Position numbers and translations under genes: made by a program. Below the pieces are notes generated by a model. The model had not been told where the DNA came from and ran no database searches. It was given only the letters and a program-made list of their open reading frames with translations. DNA of 63,892 nt, counting the filler, from Asterionella formosa (Eukaryota): NCBI GenBank assembly GCA_002256025.1. It is 15 parts of 15 records of this genome, joined end to end, with 100 filler letters (N's around TTAATTAATTAA, not from the genome) between each part and the next. Parts side by side here need not be neighbours in the genome. Positions count along the whole stretch, not along the records: positions 1 to 22,360 come from NKIB01002775.1; 14 more parts are not named here. One strand, written 5' to 3'. Each line of letters begins with the position of its first letter. The stretch's first letter is position 1. Below are positions 1 through 11,958 of this stretch, in pieces.

Positions 1-1530
1 AGAGAAAAGGGACGCATATTGTTTTTCTTGTTCTTTGTGATCGCAGCAATGAAGTACATTTTGGTTTCTAGTGTTCAATCCACAGGTTCAATCTGTCTAC
101 AATTGCGCCAGTAAAGCGACAGATCACAGAAGCCAGATGGACGAGAGAGGCTAAATAGAAGTTACCGGATAATTATGCCTGACACCTTCTGTGATGATTT
201 AACAACAATTGGCGATGTTATTCTTTTTCTTTTTAGTCACTAAAAGTGCGTCTCGGAAATCTTTGAATCTTTTAGGGAGTATAAGTGCGTCCCGTAAAAC
301 CTTTGAAGCATGAACCCTGGATGTCAGACTGTCGACCAAGACCCAAAGCATATTTGGTCTTGGTAGATCTGGTGGCTAAAATGTTTTGCTTTTCCGACCA
401 ACACCATGCATCATGACGTGTAATGACCCGCAACTTCAATTGGCTTGGTATTTGGTCGATGCGATGGTGATGCTCTAATATGTATGTATCTGCCCAAACT
501 TGAGTGAATGGATTTATGGGAGGCTGACTACTGCCGCTACATATTGGCAGTGTGTATTTCCAGCAGGGCATGTAATAATTTATAGAGCACACATTAGTAG
601 AAGTAAACAATTGGTAACTGTATTACTCTGTGACCACCAGCATATCTCATGCTTTTTGTCTTGATATGTTCAGCGCTTGTTTATATTTTGATTCCTTCCA
701 ATGATGCATCATTTGTTGCATCTATTGACACCACACTAGAGGATGTCTGCTTCCATAGAATACAGCTCTATAGGAGTGATAGTGATGACACACCAATGGT
801 GGAGATGAAAGAGCAAGTCCAAAGCACAGAGTGACAATCAACATTCATTTAGTAGTAGTACAGCCAGTATTTACTAAAAGTCTACATTCACAAACAATCA
901 TATGACGATCACAATGTCCTAGCTATACAGACATAAGGAATGAAACCAAGCAAATTATGAAGAGTGCAAAGTATGTCTACTTGCTATTAGTAGGTGGTCC
1001 CATACTACCCATACTGCTACTTATGTAGCAGCTGTTGCTTGATGGTCCAAGCCAGAACAACAGAGCAGTTTCAGATAGTAGTACTTGTATGCTCTCAAAA
1101 CTCAAGAGCAGGGCTCGGGTTCTTAAGACCTTCTGCTGTTCTAGATATTGAATGAACAATGCATAGTGGCTGGTAGGCACACCGCCCTTGAGCAGAAAAA
1201 GAGTACACATCATTGTTGCCAATCGATTTGTAATTTTTAAAATGTTTCGAATACCAGCAAAGGTACACAGAAGCCATTTAGTACACAATTCGGACTCTAA
1301 ATTCAGCCAAGAGGTATGAGCAGGAGGCAAGCTTCAGGTACCATGGATGGCTGAGATGTGCATCATTCAGGAGTTGGGTCTGCTGTTATAGCAATGTCGG
1401 CCAAACTGTAGGGTGAGCAGGGGGCGATAGTGTTGATTAGGACGCTTGCCAAGTTGTGGGATCAGATTTGGGCATCATGTTGGTTTTGACCTTTGGCCAA
1501 GGGGTGGACTGCGCATCTGTTGTTTGCATT

Positions 1531-1687
1531 TATGGAAGTAGTTCTACCTTCAGCCAAGGCATGATAGGCTGACCTGCTGCTCTAGAGATCAACAACTGTG
1601 AACTGCGATATGGTAGCAGTTCTACCTTCAGCCAAGGCATGATAGGCTGACCTGCTGCTCACGAGATCAACGACTGTGAACTGCGAT
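1531..1687. repeat. 78-bp tandem duplication (2 copies) inside a decayed Pro/Thr-rich repeat region
   Basis: The unit tatgg(a/t)ag(t/c)agttctaccttcagccaaggcatgataggctgacctgctgctc...gtgaactgcga starts at 1531 and 1609. The surrounding 1330-2280 has recurring ctgttggcatcaa motifs that read as PTADPT-like peptides on the minus strand, with stops. Confidence 0.85.
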
Positions 1688-2909
1688 CAGCTGTTGGCAT
1701 CAACAATGTCGGTTTCTATGTCAGCCATAAAGAGGCTGACTTGATGGCAAGCGATATCGATAGGCAGACAAGGCCCAGCTGTTGGTCGATATGTTGGCCA
1801 TCATGGTGTGGTGGGATAGGCTGTTGGCATCAAGAACCCATCATGTCGGTTCTGAAATCATCCTGTAAGGAATGGGGAAGGGGACTGACCTCCTGCTGAT
1901 GGTCTTGATGTCAATAGGCATTGGCTCAGTTGTTGGCCAATTTGATGGCGGAATCAGCTACTGGCATCAACAGCCAATCATTTCGGTTTTTATGTCAGCC
2001 ATGTAGAGGGCGCGGAGGGGGGCAAAAATCCCACCTGGTGATGGTCAAAATATTAAAAGTAGGCATTGGCTGCCTCAGCTGTTAGTTTTTATAATGATAC
2101 TATGATGGAGGGGCAAAGCAACCTGTTGGTCTAATTGTCAAAAAGGCATGCGCTGCCCCTATTCGTCAATATGCTAGCCAAGGTGTACATGGTGGGATCT
2201 GCTGTTGGAATCCACAATCATGTTGGTCTTGAGGTGGGCTGATCTGTTGGTGGTGTTGTTGTTGGTTTCGACCTTCAGTGTACACTCGCAACTTGCTTTA
2301 CTATTAGATTGACTTGATGAATAATAAATATACTATTATTTTAAAAAAGATTTGATGATACCAATTTAGAAGTACCGATTTGGTGACACCAACTTGGAAA
2401 TACCGATTTAGCACTACCAATTTGGAGGTATCAATTGGGAGTAATATAGCTGATGTCACTGAATACTTCATCATAACCTTTTTGTGGAAATCTATGCCCC
2501 AGAAGTTGAAGATGCTTGATACAAATTTGGGTCCAAATTACTACCAACTGCTATTGATTGGGGAACATTTGTCTCGATTTGGCGCCAAATCGAGGTCCGC
2601 TGTCAAGCAAATAAACTTCTGGGACATCCAATTTTTTTTGCCCCCAATTCAGATTTCCAAATTGGGTTCTTTTCGGCTCTACAGTTCACAACTGAAAAAA
2701 CAAGAAATAAAAGATTCAAATGATCCTTCATATTCCTACTTCGATATAGAATTATAGACATTGAAAGAAGTTAATGAGCAGAGTGCTTATACACTGGTAG
2801 TTATCTTAGTGTACTATAGGCACACATGTTAATAGGTGGAAATTATATTTCATCTAAACAAATACTATTCAATCTAAAACAAATAAAGGCCATCTGAGAA
2901 TACTCATGA

Positions 2910-4012
2910 TTACTGCTTGCAACCTCCACCGGTAATGACGATTATGGGGGTCGCTGGATAAAGTCTCTTCAATTCGCATTCTAGATCACCCTTGTTAATC
3001 TTAGACTGGACAAGATTCACAACTGCATTTCCAGGTGGAGTAGAAAAGGATGCAGCATTGTAACTAAGTTTAGATATGGCAGGGACGGCATTGCATGTAT
3101 AGGAAGAGCCGACATTAAAGCAGCCTGTGGATGTTGCGGTTCCCAAGGAAGACGGGGTCAAATATTTGATAGTACCGCTTGGATTGTAGATTGCCAACGT
3201 CTTCTTCACGAGAGATTCGTAGGCTGCGACAAGTTGTTTGTAAGCTTGAGACGTTGGAGTGTTAAATTTGGATGTCGGGATGTTTGCATTGTTCGCAACG
3301 ACAAAGTTGTTGGTGAGTGTTGCGACTGTCATGAACACGGGGGTTTTGGTGGGTGCCTTGGTTGGAGCACGACTAGTGGGTGCCGCAGTCGGCGTTTTTC
3401 CGGGACAGGTGCCACCGGTCTGGCTGGTAATTTGAGTTGGGGGATTGTAGGCTTTGAAGGCACAATCAAGATTGCCGCCCGTGTTAATGGCAGCTTGAAT
3501 GTAATTGGAGGCACCCGTCAATGGCGAGGTGCCAAACTGAGCATCCGTGTAATTTAGCTGAATCGAACAAGTAATGAAGTGGCAGATATACACTGCAGGA
3601 AGCTGGGTACCAGCAGGGCAAGCCTGTTTCACCACACTGGATATCTTGGCGTTACCATATTGGACGGACTTCCCATTCAAGGCGCTGTACGAAGCCAAAC
3701 GGCTGTTGGCAACGCTACTGTAGCCATTCAACACGGTCTTTGCTGGAATGGAGGATGGAGTATTCAGCATATCAGTCGTGATGGTGAAATAGCTCGAAAT
3801 GTAAAAGCTGTTTGATATTGTACCGAATCTATCCTGTGAATCAAAGATATGGAAAGCTAGATTAGCCGTGGGTTGTTACAAATGCTAAAACTTGTTTCTC
3901 TTATTCCAATTATTGAACACAACAAACCACGTACTGGGACAGCAGACACAACCGCAGGCATCAACAATGACCCAGCCAACAATAAAAAGGCCAAGACAGT
4001 TAATCTATTCAT
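2910..4012 (-). CDS. Secreted protein with two 4-Cys SEA-like repeat domains and a P/T/K-rich linker (~333 aa)
   Basis: Exon 1 4012-3935 encodes the signal peptide MNRLTVLAFLLLAGSLLMPAVVSAVP. GTACGT...CAG intron 3934-3834. Exon 2 3833-2910 is in frame with the ORF track. Paralog of 9829-11398 with the same intron position. Confidence 0.9.
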
Positions 4013-4595
4013 GGTGACTCAAATCGAAACTAATTCAAGCTAATAAGAAAGTGATTGAACGATCGTGTTCGGGTTTTATGAGAACAACATGGAATAGTGT
4101 TTTGTATGGATGAATATTTATGAATCGTAGTAAAATATACTGGTACATCATTGTGTGGAAAACAGAGCGAATGAGAAACAACAAAATCTATCACATGTTG
4201 TTTGCTTGATTCAGTATTACCATTGCACCATGTGTTCAGAAACTAGTATATGTATAACGATAAGAACATCAGTAATGAATATTACATAAGCACATAAATT
4301 TATTTGACGCCGATATGTTTATGGATATACCGGTATGTAAGAACGATTGCTTTATTTCTTCTTCTATGTACTGTTTAGCACTACCGGTATATCATGTGTA
4401 TCCGGAAGACACGTCCTGTTTTATTCCAGTCGTATTCGAGTAAATATGCATGTAAACCGGAGCATATCAAACATATCATATCTCATTTGGAGGGATTTGA
4501 CACGATAGGTGCGCTCATGGTAATTCCCGGAAGAAAAGGAATTTATTTTATGTACTCCCGAGTACTAATAGCGACATGACTTGAAATTCGCATAA

Positions 4596-4630
4596 TAGGC
4601 GGCACATGCCGCCTAGACTCCGTTACTAGT
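4596..4630 (+). mobile_element. Helitron-like 3' terminus
   Basis: Perfect hairpin TAGGCGGCA-CA-TGCCGCCTA (4596-4615), a 10-nt spacer, CTAG (4626-4629), then T. This is the canonical Helitron 3' signature. The 5' end was not located. Confidence 0.6.
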
Positions 4631-5208
4631 ACCTGGTAGTCGTTCAATCCCATACCTTTGCTACTTGTGGGAGTAAACGGCTATTTACTAGGATCCTTGT
4701 AGAACCGTTAACCCTAGATTTGCCAATTGTTTGTCACCCTGTACGTACCTGCTACCCATTGAACGCAGAACAACACGTTTTGCTATCGAAACATACATGT
4801 GCATTCTGAGAGATCTGGTGGCTCCTTCTCGAGCATGTAGGCTAGTCAGCTATTTAGTTAGTTTGCGATTTGGAGTCAGTTGTTCATCTCAATAGATTGC
4901 CAGAAATAATGAATTGACCAAAACACATGGAGAACACGGATTAGAGTAAGTTTGGAGTTCTCATTGTCATAAAATTTACAATGATATATTCTCCCCTTTG
5001 TCCAATAACTGAAATTCAATTGCTTAGTATCCATCTGCTGATGTTTTGGTGTTGTTTGCATGGAATTTCAATTGATCTGACGATTCTACAGTGCCTTGTC
5101 AATGATTTCAATTTTGATACATGGCAAGAATTGAGTAATAAAGTCACCAGACGATGAATAGAAACTTTGCTTAACAAATTTAGGAGGATACCTGATGAAG
5201 TGTGCATC

Positions 5209-5412
5209 CTATCCATTGTATTTTCCAATTGTCTCCAACGGCTTGCCCAAAATATCATCCACCACAGCTAGCTTGAACCTGATCACATCATCTCTCTTCA
5301 ACGCCTTCCTGCAGCATTCATGTCACTTGCATGAGCGCCCATTGTTGTGAGCATTCAGGCCAAGCAACTCTCCATCACGTCGACTGTTGCTTGTTGAATG
5401 TGTTGTCGACAT
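5209..5412 (-). pseudogene. Decayed ORF of a Cys/His 'GRSCxxHxCC' family, probably TE-associated
   Basis: Reads MSTTHSTSNSRRDGELLGLNAHNNGRSCK*HECCRKALKRDDVIRFKL with an in-frame stop. Homologous to the ORF at 6511 (IFGLMANNDGHSCAHHRCCGSTVKVG). Confidence 0.5.
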
Positions 5413-6204
5413 AATTCATATTTTGTGTCCTGGCTGGTAGTACTGGTAGTATCGGTATTTTATATTGGTAGCGTCATTAATTTCTGCTACAAAAATCAGA
5501 ATTACAGTACGTTACTTTGTCTATATCTAGAAAATTGTTGGGTGTTTGGTGCCACCACGAAAAAAATGTACTGGGGGGGGGGGAAGGTTGCTGAATATTT
5601 CAATATTTGAACAAGGNNNNNNNNNNNNNNNNNNNTTTGTTATTTTCTATTTTTCCCCCCCCCCCCAGGGGGCCTTAGACTTGCGTGCTGTCTGCCACAC
5701 ACTCCGGAAACCTAGGGACTACATAAACAAAGCAGGTGAAGAATGCAGGAATCGAACCCACCACCTCAGTAGGTGAGCTATATTCAGATGACCTGATATA
5801 GTGTTTAAATTTATGTTGTAAACAATTCAGTACGTAGCAATAATCAATGATATAATTAAGCCCCGTAATGGACGTAGATTATAAGTAAATGAAAGGTACC
5901 TGGTAGTATGTGATGAATGAATATGATGACGCTTCGGTCGCAGAACCTGCTTTTGAGTACATTTAATCATAAACTAGATTTCAAGAAATCATTTTTACTT
6001 TTACCAACGCAGCATAGATTATCAAAAGTCATAGAACAAAATTTGATGTAAAATGATCTTATTCTTAGTTGTCCATAGTTATATTTTTAGTGTTTTTATT
6101 ATCATGCTGGTGTACAGTATTGCATTCTACAAATGAAATGTTTCAGGACAAGCACAGTTTCATCTACAAATATCATGTTCACAACTACGGACTGCTACCA
6201 GGTG

Positions 6205-7011
6205 CTCCCTCCTTCCGAAAATAGTTGCATCGATTATCGGAACCTTCACGGATTTTGTAGACTACATACCAATTTTCTACATGAGGGTCGACTTACTCGA
6301 AAATATGAGATTTTAATGTGTTACATAGACATGATCATAAAGTCTGTTTTTGTAATTAAATATTTATCATCTAAATAAATTGATCGAAAGCAATTTGACA
6401 TATATACATACATTGGGTACATGTATAGCTATATCAAACAAGAATGCTAATACATTGATTCTTCAAGTATAATTTTATCCACTTCCATCATCATTATTGG
6501 TATCGTCAAAATGAATGTTGACAATCACAACGTGCCCATTCTTGATGATCAGATCTTCGGCTTGATGGCAAACAATGACGGGCACAGCTGTGCCCATCAT
6601 CGTTGTTGTGGATCAACTGTGAAAGTTGGATCAGTGTTTTTTATCAAAACGAGCCGACCATCAATTTCGTCGTCTCCATCAGGTCCTCTTTTGAGGTTCC
6701 GTAAACCATAATGCAACACAAGCTGACGGTCTTCTGGTGATAGATCCCTTCTCGTATGCTTGTTGAGAAGAGGTGGTGGGGTCGGGCATCTTGATTTTGC
6801 TCGAGAGGAGCAAAATTAGAAATCGAAAAAGCCCAAAAACGTTTTTCAAATGTAGTTGCCAATTTTTATTTTTCTATATATTATCTGTGCATGATTCTGT
6901 AGCTTAGTGCAAGGCGCACTATAGGGCAATTGAGACAGAGAATATCGTAGTAGTCGAAATGGCCCTGTAGAAATTTAAAAAATCGATGCAACTATTTTCG
7001 GACGGAGGGAG
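6205..7011. mobile_element. Non-autonomous Tc1/mariner (Stowaway-like) element, 807 bp
   Basis: 31-bp TIRs at 6205-6235 and 6981-7011 (CTCCCTCC[T/G]TCCGAAAATAGTTGCATCGATT, 30/31 identical). TA on the right flank, TG on the left. Carries a short Cys/His ORF fragment at 6511-6711. Confidence 0.85.
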
Positions 7012-7517
7012 TACCAAGGTACCGGTAGTTATGAACAATTATGTACATCATGTTGAAGGACATGCTATGATTGTTTAGCTACATATTGTTCTGATATGAT
7101 GTGCATTTGGGTAATTATGGAGTTGACATCATATGAGCTCTTTTTTGGGGTAATTGTAAACCTCATCGAAATCATCAGATTTGGAAGTAAACACAGATGT
7201 GTTCTCAACCGATTCAATAAGTCGTTTCAAATTCTTCCTCGATTTTAAAACGTCTTCAAATGTAAACCCAAATAGACTATCCTTGGCTCTTTTTCAGAAC
7301 CATTTTTGATGCAAGGTTCCATTCGAATCTTTTTTCATGTTGATATGGGGATACGGTATGGTCAAAAATTGCAACAAAACGGAGTTCCATTACCACCGGT
7401 ATCCGTGATGGGAAGGCAACAGCAGCATCAGCAGCTGCATACAGCAGTCAGCCAGGTATTTGCATTCAGTATACTGGTAAATCATGCATGATGTTTATTG
7501 CATGTTCTTGGTACTGA

Positions 7518-7885
7518 GGGAATGGCTTTGTGGTTAAGCACGTTGTCTTGATCTGAGGTTGTGAGGTTGTTCGATTCCCGCAATTTTTTTGAGAAGCAAT
7601 TGTTGGGTTCGACTCCCACACTCCTTACCGTCTCGCACGGTCTTGCCTGGTGTGCAAGAAATAGTGGGTAGCCCCCCCCCCCTACTACAAGCAGCTTGTG
7701 CCGCCTTCCTGGGCGGTCGGAGTTTCCCCTAACGCTGCGGCTAAGACGATCACCTTTCGCAAAAGATGGTTGGGGTCTCTACGCTAACAAAACTAGGGAA
7801 GCACAGGTCTTGTCGGTAGGTAGCACAATGAAATGTTTGCCTTGAAAGAGGAGAGTACAAATGGGCTATAAAACATACTAACTTT
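7518..7885 (+). mobile_element. tRNA-derived SINE-like retroposon with a 16-bp target-site duplication
   Basis: Exact direct repeats ATGTTCTTGGTACTGA at 7502-7517 and 7886-7901. A-box-like TGGCTTTGTGG at 7523-7533. B boxes GTTCGATTCCC 7569-7579 and GGGTTCGACTCCC 7605-7617. The body is GC-richer with several hairpins. Confidence 0.8.
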
Positions 7886-9828
7886 ATGTTCTTGGTACTG
7901 ACCGCCATGTAGCATTACGCACATCACTAATATCTAATGTGACAAATGGATGATGATGATGATGATGATGATTATGATCATGCACTGTATTTTAGTTTGT
8001 GTTTGTTATAAGTATCTATTATGATCGTATTCTGCTAATGTTCTCTATAATAAACGTTCAAAATTATAGCTAGAAAGCATCAAATCATATGTTACTTTGA
8101 TCATATAAATGTGGTCATTGTATCATGTGATTGCAATCCAGTGATTGTGACAATGTGATGATTAATAATTTGTTGATTGTTGTAATCACAAGATTATATG
8201 ATATTAACGTTACCATCTGTTTTTGAGTGATAGAACTTAAGACTAAATATCATGTATGTATTGACAATACTTTGATTATAAATAAATCATCAAATCTTTT
8301 TATTCATATCAATGTATTTTGATACAATGGATCATGCAGGAATGGCAATATGCAATCGCCTCATACCAGTACAAGGTAGTTCACGCGTTGATATAGAAGA
8401 ATTGCAATGAAACATGATAAGGACTCAAGAATCACGTCATCAGGGCTTAATGCTGAACAATACAACCATTCACATCGTCGTCGTTGCTTGAGTGTTGACG
8501 ATGGAACGAAAATGGAGCGAGTGATGATGATGATGATGATGATGAGGCATTGATTTTAAATCGACTGCCGGGCAAACAACAAGAGTCACTATCTGGCATC
8601 TAAGGAACTACAGAATGATAATGGAAATTGAAGAAGATATTAACATTTTCTCATCAAACAAGAGCAACCATGCGAAAAATACAAACAAAGGTTCTCCATG
8701 CAACAGGGAATAGAATTTCATTGACTCCTTGAAGGAATGAATCAGGCAAGTATGGTGAAAAGTGACCACTTCAACTCCCACAGATACAAACAAAGATACA
8801 TACTTGCTGCACAGCTCCAATGAAAAGGCGAAAGAATGATTCCAAGCATTACAGCACACTAGTCACTTCACAGCACAAATTTTGCAGGCCAACATTGCTT
8901 GATATAAGATTGAGAGGTTGAGAGAGTGTTCCTTACCACAACTATCCCCACTTCAGCCACAGTGCCAGAAGTCACTACATATGTTAGGTTGATTTCAGTT
9001 GTTTTTTCAAAAAATTCTGCTAATACCAGGAAGCTCCATGGAAGCTGCCCTATAACAAATAGAGAAATTATATAGTGACGATGATTTTGAAATTGACTAT
9101 AATTATGTCCATGAAAATGCAGTGACCTACTACTTAGATGATGTATGGCAGCAAACTCACAATCTCAATTTTTATAGCAAACCCAAAGGAATCTTCAGGA
9201 AAAGATAGTTATGTAAATTATATGTAGGAGTATGTTTGTCCATACTAGGAAAGAAGGGTAAATCCTTCTGCAGATGTTGCAGACTAACCTAGAATGCTGG
9301 TCTACGAAGAAATATTCTAGTACCTGGTACCAGGGTACCATGGTACCGGTATCAGTTGTTAAAATCTGAGTATGGTATATCTGATGATGGATTGAATCTC
9401 GGCGTCAATAAATACATACATCAGGTGTACGTACGGTAGGCACTGCTATGTACCATATATCAACAAAAGTAATAAAAAATAGTTTTTGTTGCAACAATCG
9501 AGTAAAACAAAAAACGGTTTGGGGCAAAAATCTTCATGTATACGGGTACCGGTACATTAATAAAATATGGACTGAAAGAGAACGTTGTGAGTCAAAATGG
9601 GTAAAATTAAAATGGCTTAGTCCATGGAAATGTGTATATTTTGACAGTTTCGAGGGTTATTGCTTCACACGAATGAATGCATTGGATACAGAAATATAAA
9701 TCCAAGAATTGATGCGAAGGGTTCAAACATAGATTTTCATCCGCAATCATTTTGATGTCACAAAATCAAATCACAGTTCCATATATTTATAACATATATG
9801 CCGGTATTTTAATTTGGCTACCGGTATC

Positions 9829-11398
9829 ATGAATAGAAAAACCGTCTTGGCCGTTCTCTTGTTGACTGGATCCTCATGGTGGATGCCAACCCTTGTTTCG
9901 GCTGCTGCTGTAATGGTACGCTAGGACTTGGCTGTGAATATACTAGCATTCATTGAAAACATAACTGGCAACTGACCAACATTTCGCCGTCATTGATTCA
10001 CAGGATAGGTTCGGAACCCTCACAAACAACTTTTACATTTCGAGCTATTTCACCATTACGACTGCAATGTTAAAGAATCCAGCCTCCAATTCAGCGAAGA
10101 CCCTGCTGAATGGGTACAGCGACTTGGCCAAACATCGCTTGTCTTCGTACAGCGCCTTGAATGGGAAGTCCGTCCAATATGGAAATGCCAAGATATCCAA
10201 CGTCGTGCAACAGGCTTGCCCTGCTGGTACGCAGCTTCCTGCCGTGTATATCTGCCACTACATATCGGCTACGATTCAGCTCAATTACACGAATGCTCAG
10301 TTTTCCAGCTCGCCATTGACGGGAGCCGTCAATTACATTCAAGATGCAATCAATACGGGCGGTAATCTCGATTGTGCCTTCAAAGCCTACAATAATCAAA
10401 TTACCAGCCAGTCCGGTGGTAGCTGTTCCGGAACGTCCCCCAATAAGTCACCTACCGGAGCGCCCGCATCGGCACCTAGTATGACAGTCGCCACTCTTAC
10501 CAACAACTTTGTTGTAGCGAACAATGCCAACATCCAAACATCTACCTTCAATACCCCCAACACCCAAGCCTACCGACAGCTTGTCGCGGCCTACCAATCC
10601 CTTATCAAGAAGAGTTTGGCAACGTTTAATCCACAAGGCACTTTGAAATACATGGGAACAGCTACGTTGGGAACCGTAACATCTGCAAGTTGCTTTAATG
10701 TTGGATCGTCGTATAAATGCAATGCCGTCCCTGCCATCCACAAACTGAGCTACAACGCTGCGGACTTTTCTACTCCACCTGGCAATGCTTTTGTAAGTTA
10801 TGTGCAAAATAAGATTAACAATGGTGCACTTGAATGTGAATTGCATGCACTCTATTCGGGAACACCAATATCCGTCATTATAGGTGGAGGCTGCAAGGGA
10901 TCTCCCACCCGAGCACCAGTCAAATCACCCACATCGCCTACTCCAAAGTCTCCCACCAGATCCCCCGCATCGGCACCTATGACAGTCGCCACTCTTACCA
11001 ACAACTTTGTTGTTGCGAACAATGCCAACATCCAAACATCTACCTTCAATACCCCCAACACTCAAGCCTACCGACAGCTTGTCGCGGCCTACCAATCCCT
11101 TATCAAGAAGAGTTTGGCAACATTTAATCCACAAGGTACTTTGAAATACATGGGAACAGCTACGTTGGGAACCGTAACATCCGCAAGTTGCTTTAATGTT
11201 GGATCGTCTTATAAGTGCAATGCAGTCCCTGCCATCCACAAACTTAGCTACAATGCTGCGGACTTTTCTACTCCACCTGGTAATGCTTTTGTGAGTTATG
11301 TCCAAAATAAAATTAACAATGGTGCACTTGAATGTGAATTGCATGCACTCTATTCGGGAACACCAATATCCGTCATTACTGGTGGAGGTTGCAAGTAA
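9829..11398 (+). CDS. Secreted protein with three 4-Cys SEA-like repeat domains and P/S/T/K-rich linkers (~493 aa)
   Basis: Exon 1 9829-9915 encodes the signal peptide MNRKTVLAVLLLTGSSWWMPTLVSA-AAVM. GTACGC...CAG intron 9916-10003. Exon 2 10004-11398. Domain B is duplicated at 10481-10897 and 10979-11395. Confidence 0.92.
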
Positions 11399-11958
11399 TA
11401 AAAAGTTGCTGTAGTAACTGGTTTCTCAAGCTCGAGCTTGTGTTCTCGTAAATCAAGCACGCGAACACCATTACTTTGGTTTGGTATAATATAATTGTTC
11501 TTCTGAGGATGATCCCCCTATTGATGTGGGTGCTTATCTATCATAAGAATGCAATTTCACTAGTGAGACTGATAGTCATCATCATTTTTATACTCATATT
11601 CTAGGTGGAAACAACGATACAGAAGAAAGTGTGGTATCTTGAAAACAATTTCTATAATGTTTACGAACCGACGATGCAAAAGTTCAAAAATACAGTCAAG
11701 CGTAGGTGCAGTCTATTTGGCCTCATGATATATTCAACACGTGTTCTCGAAGAAATATCCATGTCGCCGAATCTAATAAAGTTCGGATGTTGTTAAACTG
11801 TTGCCCTACAACCTACCATACTCTTGATAATATGTAAGGTTCAAATACTAACAAACTAGACCAAAATGACTTGATATATGTACATACTCCGCACAGCTGT
11901 TTTTCCATTGTTTCATTTGTAAGCCGTCATCGTCACCATCACATGTCCAACATTCCAT

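Noticed and set aside
7518..7630. Functional tRNA gene
   Set aside because: Two B boxes, an internal T7 run and no clean cloverleaf. It sits in a TSD-flanked insert, so a SINE fits better.
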